Notes under the pieces: model-generated
Database searches by the model: none
What the model was told of the DNA's origin: nothing
Seen by the model: the letters and a program-made list of their open reading frames with translations, nothing else
Position numbers and translations under genes: made by a program
Shown here: positions 28,195-36,861 of the stretch, in pieces
Layout: every line of letters begins with the position of its first letter
How positions within the stretch are numbered: the first letter of the stretch is position 1
Assembly (NCBI GenBank): GCA_041389865.1
Contig: JAWKRA010000044.1
Coordinates: 1 to 39,825, forward strand
Source of the DNA: Nannocystaceae bacterium
Lineage (GTDB): Bacteria > Myxococcota_A > Polyangia > Nannocystales > Nannocystaceae
Length of the DNA stretch: 39,825 nt
Reading direction: 5' to 3'

Positions 28195-28387
28195 GCCGTG
28201 AAGAGTGGCACGCCACCTGCATGGAACGACGCTATCGTGACAGGCCGGTCCTGAGATTGACTTGTGAAGCCGTTGTAGATCCCATCATGCAGATTTCGTC
28301 CTGTGCGTGATCAACGGAGTTTCGTCGCGCAGGAACGAACCTTGATTCCAGGCGCAAAACTGCTGTTCCTCGAGCCCGAGCGGCGTC

Positions 28388-29161
28388 CTACTCCGGCACC
28401 GCTTGACCGATGCACATGCGGCAGCTCACGCCACCGCTGGCGGTGATCGAAGGCTGCAAAACGCCGTGCTCCGCGAGCTGTGCTTCGACCGCGTCGAGCT
28501 GGCTCACGTCGAGCTGCGGCACCAGGCGTCGGGGATCGTCGCCGCGGCGCCGAGCGAGGGCCGCGAGCCCGTAGACGGTGGGGTAGAAGGCCGTGACCCG
28601 CAGGGTGCGGCTGTGCCGGCAGATCAGGGTCGGCGTCGGGGCGCGCTCCGGGGGCGGCGTCGCCGGATCGGTGAGCGCCTGGGCGTACTCCGGGATCTTG
28701 CAGCTGGCCGCCTGGCGGACGAAGACGCGGTGGTCGAGGCCGTCGGGGAGCGTCCCGGCGGGCAGCTCGTCGCTGGCGACGTGGGCTAGAAGCGCAGCCA
28801 GTAGTAGTCCGCGATCTCCTCCCAGAGCGGCTCGATGCGCGGATCGCTCTGGCGGCATGGGCCCGGGTAGTCGGAGAACGGCGCGGCGAAGGTGTTAGGG
28901 TTGCGGGCGGTGGCCGGGTGGGCGTCGCTGAAGTCGTCGACGAAGCCGGTCCCACAGCAGCGCGCAGGTGGGTGATCCGCGCGCACAGGGCCGAACGCTC
29001 CGGCGCAGGATTTTGTCCATGTTGCGGCGGATCAGCACCCGGTAGAAGGCGACCCGCCGGACCCCGGACGGGCTCTCGCCGAGCGCGGCCTGGAAGGTGG
29101 CGACGTCGGTCTCGCCGGAGAGCAGGCGGCGCGCTTCGTGGAAGAACGCCGCGAGGCTCAC
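28388..29161 (-). pseudogene. DUF2063-family partner of the DUF692/MNIO enzyme (MbnC/HvfC/BufC-like), as it reads here interrupted by two +1 frameshifts
   Basis: The GTG at 29159-29161 overlaps the DUF692 stop as GTGA. Frame A reads 'VSLAAFFHEARRLLSGETDVATFQAALGESPSGVRRVAFYRVLIRRNMDKILRR...' (DUF2063-like N-terminus, compare 'RFAVYRNNV'). High-GC3 coding then continues in the +1 frame ('TGFVDDFSDAHPATARNPNTFAAPFSDYPGP...LWEEIADYYWLRF') and again in the next +1 frame ('AHVASDELPAGTLPDGLDHRVFVRQAASCKIPEYAQAL...CRMCIGQAVPE*'). The frame switches fall near short homopolymer runs (tggg at about 28950; gccc at about 28785). These could be real, giving a pseudogene, or assembly indels. Confidence 0.5.
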
Positions 29162-30012
29162 ACGGCCACCTCCGCGCGGACCGCATCGCGGACGGCGTAC
29201 CCCGCCGCGACCTCGCGCGCCCGATCGAGCTGGTCGAGGACCGTGTCGAGGTCGGGGATGTCGGTGTCCCACTCGAGCAGGGTCGGCGGGACCTCGCCGA
29301 GCCGCTCGATCGTCGCCCGGTACAGCCCCCAGACGCCGTCGCAGACCGGGGCGCCGTGGTTGTCGATGTACATGTCGCGCTCGACGATGTAGCCGGCGAG
29401 GTGGACCTGGCGGGTGCGCTCGACCGGGAGCGCGGCGAGGGCCGCGAACGGGTCCTGCTGGAAGTTGTGGGCGTTGACCTGGACGTTGTTGACGTCGAGC
29501 AGCAGGCCGCAGTCCGCCTCCTCGAGCACGGCGGTGATGAACGCCTCCTCGCTCATCGTGCCGCCCGGCATGATCGCGTAGTAGGAGATGTTCTCGAGCG
29601 CGAGCGGCCGCTCCATCCGATCGGCGAGCTCGCGGGCGCGCGCGGCCACGTGGCGCACGGCCTCCTCGGTGCGCGGCAGCGGCAGCAGGTCGTGGAAGCG
29701 TCGGCCGTCGATGGCCGCGTAGCACAGGTGATCGGTGAAGTAGGGCGGGTCGAGGTAGTCGAGCAGCGCCTTGAGCCCCTTGAGGTGCTCGGGATCAAAG
29801 GGATCGGGGCCGCCGACCGAGGTCGAGACGCCGTGCGAGACCACCGGCCAGCGCTCGCGCACCCGGGCCAGGATGTCGCGCTGCAGGCCGCCGTAGCCGA
29901 CGTAGTTCTCCGGGATGATCTCGAACCAGTCGATCGCGCGCGGGGTCGTGAAGACATCCCGGTAGTGGGGTCTTCGCAGACCGATCCCGAAGCCAGCAGG
30001 CGCGCGCTGCAT
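29158..30012 (-). CDS. DUF692 family enzyme (MbnB/TglH/ChrH/BufB-type multinuclear non-heme iron oxidative enzyme, MNIO; TIM-barrel fold)
   Basis: 'GFGIGLRRPHYRDVFTTPRAIDWFEIIPENYVGYGG' is the DUF692 N-terminal signature. 'HGVSTSVGGPDPFD', 'DHLCYAA', 'LALENISYY', 'CGLLLDVNNVQVNAHN' and 'VHLAGY...IDNHGAPV' match conserved blocks of MbnB-like proteins. The ATG at 30010-30012 gives MQRAPAGFGIGLR. The GTG at 30114 is the ORF-track alternative; it adds a Pro/Arg-rich 34 aa and is less likely. Confidence 0.88.
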   Translation of the reverse strand: MQRAPAGFGIGLRRPHYRDVFTTPRAIDWFEIIPENYVGYGGLQRDILARVRERWPVVSHGVSTSVGGPDPFDPEHLKGLKALLDYLDPPYFTDHLCYAAIDGRRFHDLLPLPRTEEAVRHVAARARELADRMERPLALENISYYAIMPGGTMSEEAFITAVLEEADCGLLLDVNNVQVNAHNFQQDPFAALAALPVERTRQVHLAGYIVERDMYIDNHGAPVCDGVWGLYRATIERLGEVPPTLLEWDTDIPDLDTVLDQLDRAREVAAGYAVRDAVRAEVAV

Positions 30013-30132
30013 AAGAGAGACGATAACACGCTGTGGTCGCGCCCACGGCTCGCAGGGGAGCGGAGATCGCGGGTCACGACGAGGCGGCGCGGGCCCCTGC
30101 GGACCCGCGCTCACCTACGTTGTCACAGCTCG

Positions 30133-30750
30133 TCAGCAGGTCGGGGCCGCGTCGATGCACGCCGAGTAGTCGGCGCCGCCGTCGCCACACTCGCCCATGA
30201 CGCACTCGAGCAGGCCCATGTTGACCTCGGCCTGGTTGTCGCAGACCTCGGTGATCTCGTTGCACTTCGACTCGCAGTCGGCGACGCCGTCCGGGTCGAG
30301 GAGCTCGCACTCGCCCATCTTGCTGCACCCGTCGAGGCAGACCTGGATGGTCTCCATGAGCAGGGCGCCGTCGGTGTCGGTGCTCGGGCAGCCCGTGGTC
30401 GGGCAGGCGGTCGTCGGGCAGCCCGTGGTCGGGCAGGCGGTCGTCGGGCAGGCGGTCGTCGGACAGCCAGTCGTCGGACAGCCGGTCGTCGGACAGCCGG
30501 CGGTCGGGCACGCTGCGGTTGGGCAGCCAGCGGTCGGACATCCGGCGGTCGGGCAGCCCGTGGTCGGGCAGCCGGCGGTGGTGCCTGTCTCGGTGGTCGG
30601 ACAGCCGGCGGTCGGGCAGCCAGCGCTGGCGGTGTCGGTCGTCTCGGTGTCGGTGCCGCTCTCGGTCGTGTTCTTGTCGTCGCCGCAGCCAGCGACGACC
30701 GTCGCGGTGAGAGCCGCCGCCGCGAGTATCGAATCCAGGTTTTTGAGCAT
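30133..30750 (-). CDS. Cys-repeat lipoprotein immediately upstream of DUF692; candidate Sec-exported RiPP-type precursor/substrate (205 aa)
   Basis: The ATG at 30748-30750 has GAGG 9 nt upstream. The signal MLKNLDSILAAAALTATVVAGCGDD has a VAGC lipobox. It is followed by about 16 tandem (A/T)GCPT(T/A) units ('AGCPTAGCPTTETGTTAGCPTTGCPTAGCPTAGCPTAACPTAGCPTTGCPTTGCPTTACPTTACPTTGCPTTACPTTGCPS'). A 75-aa Cys-rich tail follows ('CLDGCSKMGECELLDPDGVADCESKCNEITEVCDNQ...'). The ORF-track version (398 aa) has an Arg-rich spurious N-terminus. Confidence 0.75.
   Translation of the reverse strand: MLKNLDSILAAAALTATVVAGCGDDKNTTESGTDTETTDTASAGCPTAGCPTTETGTTAGCPTTGCPTAGCPTAGCPTAACPTAGCPTTGCPTTGCPTTACPTTACPTTGCPTTACPTTGCPSTDTDGALLMETIQVCLDGCSKMGECELLDPDGVADCESKCNEITEVCDNQAEVNMGLLECVMGECGDGGADYSACIDAAPTC
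30385..30620. repeat. 15-nt tandem DNA repeats (ggtcgggcagSCSgt) encoding the GCPT(T/A) pentapeptide array
   Basis: Direct reading shows gggcagcccgtggtcgggcaggcggtcgtcgggcagcccgtggtcgggcaggcggtcgtc... with a 15-nt period over about 235 nt. Confidence 0.75.
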
Positions 30751-30914
30751 GACGCTATCCTCGCGAGGTCGGGGGGGGTGAACGACGACGAGCCCTCGCT
30801 GTCTCGTCGCGTCGTCCAGGGTACCCGGTCTGTGCGGGCAATGCGAGTCGGCCGTGGAGTCGGCGGGTTCCCCCGCGATCCACGCTGCGCACCGCAGGTG
30901 TCCCTTTCGCCAGC

Positions 30915-31979
30915 TCAGTCGAGCTCGACCTCGGCGCACGGCGTCAGCGCGTCCGCGAACGCGTTGAGGCCGGCTTCGTCGAGTCGCTCCAGCAAGTACG
31001 CGCGCGCTCGACACAGATCGCGAGCGCGTGGCTCTCCTTCGGCCAGCGACGCCGCGAGGTCGAAGATGGCGATCGGCACGCCGCGATCCGGGCACTGCGG
31101 AGGCGCGCTCGCGTGCGCGCCCGGGAGCGCCGGCGCGTCGCCGCAGCGATGGGTGATGGCGGGGTCCTTGAGGTTGAGGTCGTGTCGCCGATAGTCCTCG
31201 ATCGGCGCGCGATCGCGGAGCACGGTCTCGATCGTGTAGAGCCCGCTGGCGTCCGTGGCCCGGTGCACAGGACCCTTGGCGTGCAGCGTCTCGGCCTCGG
31301 CCAGCCGCGGCGTGTGGCACGGCGCGCACTGATTGATGCCGCGAAACCGCCGTTCGAACGCCTCACGCTGGGTGGGCTTCATGTTCTTGACCTGCTCGGT
31401 GGTCGCCAGGAACTCGAGCATCCGACGCGTGACCTCGGCCTGCTGCTCGGGATCGCCGCGATCCCACTCAAAGCCGCGCAGGCGGGCGTTGGGCTGGGCC
31501 TGCTCGGGTCGCAGCACGCGGAAGCGCTCGCGGCCGTCGGGACCAAACACGGTGCCGCGCACGTCGGCGATCTGGCGGCGCGGGCCGTGGCCGAGGAACT
31601 CGATGCGATCGGCGTGGGTCCCCTGCGGGTAGCGCAGGGTGTGGCGTTTCTGGTCAGGGAGATACTCGGTCGTGATCACGCCGCCTTCGGGGATCTTGAT
31701 CCAGATCTCGATCTGCTCGAGGACGGGGCTCGTCGACGGCAGCCGTGCGGGCGGGATCATTCGAATGTAGCCGGCGTCGCGCCAGAACGACTCGGGATCC
31801 TCCACAGAGATCTCGACGATGCCTCGGGCGGTGCCCGAGAGATCCGCGCGCTCCGCCTCGGGCGCGGGTGGAGCTTCGGGCGCGCGCGCGGTGATCCACC
31901 AGACGGCGACGCCGAGGCCGAGCGCCACGATCGCGACGAACAGCCAGCGGGTGCGACTCGTGCGGGAGGCGTCCGCCAT
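30915..31979 (-). CDS. membrane-anchored protein with a single CxxCH motif (possible c-type haem site), hypothetical, 354 aa
   Basis: The ATG is at 31977-31979. The N-terminal TM helix is 'WLFVAIVALGLGVAVWWI'. 'INQCAPCHTPRL' is a CxxCH motif, and further Cys are at 'HRCGD' and 'PQCPD'. The gene is co-directional with, and 52 bp downstream of, the P460-like gene. Confidence 0.5.
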   Translation of the reverse strand: MADASRTSRTRWLFVAIVALGLGVAVWWITARAPEAPPAPEAERADLSGTARGIVEISVEDPESFWRDAGYIRMIPPARLPSTSPVLEQIEIWIKIPEGGVITTEYLPDQKRHTLRYPQGTHADRIEFLGHGPRRQIADVRGTVFGPDGRERFRVLRPEQAQPNARLRGFEWDRGDPEQQAEVTRRMLEFLATTEQVKNMKPTQREAFERRFRGINQCAPCHTPRLAEAETLHAKGPVHRATDASGLYTIETVLRDRAPIEDYRRHDLNLKDPAITHRCGDAPALPGAHASAPPQCPDRGVPIAIFDLAASLAEGEPRARDLCRARAYLLERLDEAGLNAFADALTPCAEVELD

Positions 31980-32031
31980 GCGACTCTCGCTTGATAGCGA
32001 GGGCCGGGCGCGAACGCCAGCCCGAAACCTG

Positions 32032-32634
32032 TCAGGGGACCTGATCGGCGGCGTCGATGCCTCTCGCCCAGTCCGACGGCGCGGCCGGCATGTGGCAGCT
32101 GATGCAGAAATCGGCGGCGGGCGCGGTCCCCTTGACCGGCGTGGTGCCGTCCTCGTAGACGCGCGCCCACCACCAGTCGCCGGTGTCGGGCGCGTAGCCG
32201 GGCGGGCCCTTGTGCATCACCGTCCAGCCGCCAGGCATGGTGGCCTCGGCGTCGGCCCAGTGGCGCTTGATGAGCGTCGTGCCGACCGGGAACGTGATCG
32301 GCTGGTAGTCCATGGGATCGATCATCTTGTAGGTGGCGAGCACGTCCGGCGGCACCCAGATGTCGACGACCATCGCCATGTCGCCGTGCTGGCTGGCGAG
32401 CGGCGCGTTGTTGGCCTTGGTGAATTTTCCCTGATCGAAGTTCATCACGTCATCGAGGACCGCGTCCTCATCAACTTCGGCGGCCGTGGTCTCGGTCTCC
32501 GAGCCCGTCTCCGAGCCTGACTCGGTGGCGTCGGTGGTGCCGGCGGTCGTGTCATCGGTGCCCGAGGTGGTGTCGCCGCAGGCCGCGAGCGTTAGGATGA
32601 GGAGTGAGCGGTGGAGAACGTGCGCGTGTTGCAT
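32032..32634 (-). CDS. cytochrome P460 / cytochrome c'-beta family-like haem lipoprotein (201 aa)
   Basis: The ATG at 32632-32634 gives MQHAHVLHRSLLILTLAACGD with an LAAC lipobox. 'FPVGTTLIKRHW', 'GYAPDTGDWWWARVYEDG' and the C-terminal 'FCISCHMP' (CxxCH near the C-terminus) resemble the cytochrome P460 layout ('GTVTVKE…', 'GNWAFY…', 'C-A-A-CH'). The family call is from memory. Confidence 0.55.
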   Translation of the reverse strand: MQHAHVLHRSLLILTLAACGDTTSGTDDTTAGTTDATESGSETGSETETTAAEVDEDAVLDDVMNFDQGKFTKANNAPLASQHGDMAMVVDIWVPPDVLATYKMIDPMDYQPITFPVGTTLIKRHWADAEATMPGGWTVMHKGPPGYAPDTGDWWWARVYEDGTTPVKGTAPAADFCISCHMPAAPSDWARGIDAADQVP

Positions 32635-32724
32635 GCCGTGTCGATCCCTTGTGGTCGGTGGATGTTCCCACGAACGACGCGGCGGTCGTGATCGTTTCGC
32701 GCGGCGGAGCGCGCCTGACAGATC

Positions 32725-33195
32725 GTGGCGATCGAGCGTACACTCGCGCGCGTGGCTCAGCTCGGCAGCATCTTCGACGACGACGCGGCCGATGACGGCC
32801 CGCGCGGCCGCGATCTGCGGACCGAGGTGACGATTCCGGCCTGGTCGATGGGACACCCCGACGGCTACGCGGTGGCCGTGCCGATCGAGCTGCCGATCGA
32901 CGACGAGACCGCCCACCGCACCCCGTCTCCGCATGATGACGGTGAGCACATCACGCTGCGGCTCCCCGAGAGCTTCCCGGACGGAGGGACGCTGCGGCTG
33001 CGCGGGCAGGGCGAGCGCGGGCCGACCGGGCGCGTCGGCGATCTGCTGGTGACCGTGCGCATCGACGAGACCGACGCGATCGCGCGGGTGTTGCCGAGCT
33101 CGCTCGCCCAGTCCAGCAGCCCCAACAAGACCGTGATCATCGGCGTGACCGTCGCGCTCGCGGCCCTGGCGGCCGCGGTCTACGCGGCGCTTTGA
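32725..33195 (+). CDS. DnaJ C-terminal-domain-like protein with a C-terminal TM helix (no J domain), 156 aa
   Basis: 'DLRTEVTIPAWSMGHPDGYAVAVPIEL' and 'ITLRLPESFPDGGTLRLRGQGERGPTGRVGDLLVTVRID' follow the two CTD motifs of DnaJ/CbpA ('…G..LRL.GKG…GDLYV.V.V'). The C-terminal 'VIIGVTVALAALAAAVYAAL' is hydrophobic. The start is a GTG. Confidence 0.4.
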   Translation: MAIERTLARVAQLGSIFDDDAADDGPRGRDLRTEVTIPAWSMGHPDGYAVAVPIELPIDDETAHRTPSPHDDGEHITLRLPESFPDGGTLRLRGQGERGPTGRVGDLLVTVRIDETDAIARVLPSSLAQSSSPNKTVIIGVTVALAALAAAVYAAL

Positions 33196-33270
33196 AGACC
33201 CTAAGAAGGCGCTCGCCGGCCAGAGGAGGCGCCCCCCCAGGAATCCTCCTCCGGCCGGCGAGGGCTCGCG

Positions 33271-33819
33271 CTACTCGGGCGCCAACGGGCACTCGAGGGC
33301 CTCGAGCGGCTCACATCCCACAAGCCAGCTCGTCGTGTCGAGGCAGCTCGAGTCGTAGTCCGCGAGGCACTTCACAAATTGCTCGGCCGGCGCGAGGGTG
33401 CACAGGCTCGGCGGGTTGGCCCACTCGCCGACCCCGTCGCCCGCGCCGTAGGCCTGCCGAAGCACGCGGCCATCACCGAGGAGCAGGAGGTCGACGTTGC
33501 TCGACGAGCGATCGAAGTCGGTGACGGTCTGCAGGAGGCCCGCGTCCCCGGCGGCGAGCGCCCCGAGCACGCAGCGGGCGGTCTCGTCGTAGCTGAATTC
33601 GGCGTCCGCGGACGGCGACTCCGCGACCGGGAGCGCGTCGCACGGCACCGCAGCCTCGCAGTGGAGCAGCAGCGTCGGCGTGAACGGCGGGTCCTCGGCC
33701 TCAGCCTGGTCGTCGACGCCGTTGTCCTCGATCGAGCTGTCGAGGAGCGCCCCGCCGGGCGTGTCACAGCCCACGGTGAGGAGCGAGCCGACCAGGAGCA
33801 GCGCGGACAAGCGAAGCAT
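33271..33819 (-). CDS. lipoprotein, hypothetical (182 aa)
   Basis: The signal MLRLSALLLVGSLLTVGCDT has an LTVGC lipobox. The mature part has 8 Cys. GC3 is high. Confidence 0.55.
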   Translation of the reverse strand: MLRLSALLLVGSLLTVGCDTPGGALLDSSIEDNGVDDQAEAEDPPFTPTLLLHCEAAVPCDALPVAESPSADAEFSYDETARCVLGALAAGDAGLLQTVTDFDRSSSNVDLLLLGDGRVLRQAYGAGDGVGEWANPPSLCTLAPAEQFVKCLADYDSSCLDTTSWLVGCEPLEALECPLAPE

Positions 33820-33955
33820 GTCGGGTGCTTCTGCAAGACCCCGGATCGGCCGCGAGAGATCAAAATAACTTCAATATTTCCGGTCGGTTAATCGGCGTTC
33901 GTGGATGTGGTGAAGCGCGCCGGCGCATGCCAGCGATGTCGTGTGATCCCCGGCG

Positions 33956-34858
33956 GTGGCCAAAGCCTATGACGCGGCTGTCCGGCCCGAGGCCGATCGT
34001 GCAACACGCTGCGCAGCGGGCCGAGTGTGCGCCGTGTTCACCGCCGCTCCGCTCTACGATCCCTCCCTCCCTTGGTCCGGTCCGCTCAGCTTGACGGGCG
34101 CGATGCCGCCCACGCCGCGGGTCGCCGTCGTCGGCAGCCGGGCCGCCCATCGTCGCGCGCTCGCGCGCATCCCCGCGCTGGTCACGCAGATCGGGGCAGG
34201 GGGCGCTTGCGTCATCTCCGGGGGCGCGATCGGCATCGATCGGGCCGTCCACGAGGCCGCGCTCGCCGCTGCGATCCCCCAGCTCGCGGTGCTCCCGTGC
34301 CCGCCCGATCGCCCCTATCCATCGCAGCACGCCGCGCTGTTCGAAGCGATCGCCTGTGCGCCCGCGAGCGGACTCCTCTTTACCCAAGCCTGCGGCGCGG
34401 CGCCTTCCCGCGGCCTGTTCGCCAGTCGCAATCGCCTCGTCGTCGCGCTGTCGCAGGCGGTGATCGTCGTCGAGGCGAGGACTCGCTCGGGTTCGTGGAG
34501 CACGGGTCGCGCCGCGCTCGCGCGATCGATCCCCGTCGCGGTCGTGCCTGGCTCACCGGGGTGCGCCGACTTGCTGCAGCGCGGCGCTCATCCGCTGCCG
34601 CCGCCCGCACCGGGCGCGCCGTGGTCCGCGCTCACGCGCTTCCTCGCGTCGATCACGGGCGCTTCGGTCGCTTTCGAAGACACGCCCTGGCCGCCGCGCC
34701 TTCGCTGGCTCGTCGCGCCGCTCGCCGCGGCCGGAGCTCGCGGCTGCTCGATCGACGCCCTCGACGATCCCGCGCGCGCGCTCGTTGACTTGCTCGCTGC
34801 AGAGCGCCTCGGGCTCGTCGTCGAGCTCGCGCCCGGTCGCTATCGATCGATCGCCTGA
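33956..34858 (+). CDS. dprA: DNA-processing protein DprA (Smf family)
   Basis: The Rossmann-like DprA core is 'RVAVVGSRAA', 'VISGGAIGIDRAVHEAAL', 'AVLPCPPDRPYPSQHAALFEAIA', 'FASRNRLVVALSQAVIVVEARTRSGSWSTGRAALARSIPVAVVPG'. The start could also be an internal Met (MPPTPRVAVVGSR). Confidence 0.8.
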   Translation: MAKAYDAAVRPEADRATRCAAGRVCAVFTAAPLYDPSLPWSGPLSLTGAMPPTPRVAVVGSRAAHRRALARIPALVTQIGAGGACVISGGAIGIDRAVHEAALAAAIPQLAVLPCPPDRPYPSQHAALFEAIACAPASGLLFTQACGAAPSRGLFASRNRLVVALSQAVIVVEARTRSGSWSTGRAALARSIPVAVVPGSPGCADLLQRGAHPLPPPAPGAPWSALTRFLASITGASVAFEDTPWPPRLRWLVAPLAAAGARGCSIDALDDPARALVDLLAAERLGLVVELAPGRYRSIA

Positions 34859-34942
34859 GCGACGCGATCGCAGGCGGTATCCAGCGCCGACAAATCCTGC
34901 CAAGCTCGCGGCCACCTGCGTATCGCGCTCGAGGAGAGTTCC

Positions 34943-36856
<1,914 letters not shown>

Positions 36857-36861
36857 CGCGC

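Noticed and set aside
26233-31194. Long plus-strand ORFs (26233..28254, 28918..31194) and minus-strand 28311..29186 and 28895..29725 across the MNIO cluster
   Set aside because: They are Arg-rich, motif-free antisense or out-of-frame readings. The part of 28895..29725 that is real is its C-terminal 88 aa, which I assign to the DUF2063 gene start.
33372-34788. ORFs 33372..33863 (minus), 33379..33891 (plus) and 34027..34788 (plus) overlapping the lipoprotein and dprA genes
   Set aside because: They are alternative-frame or antisense readings without motifs. The dprA and lipoprotein frames carry the recognisable sequence features.
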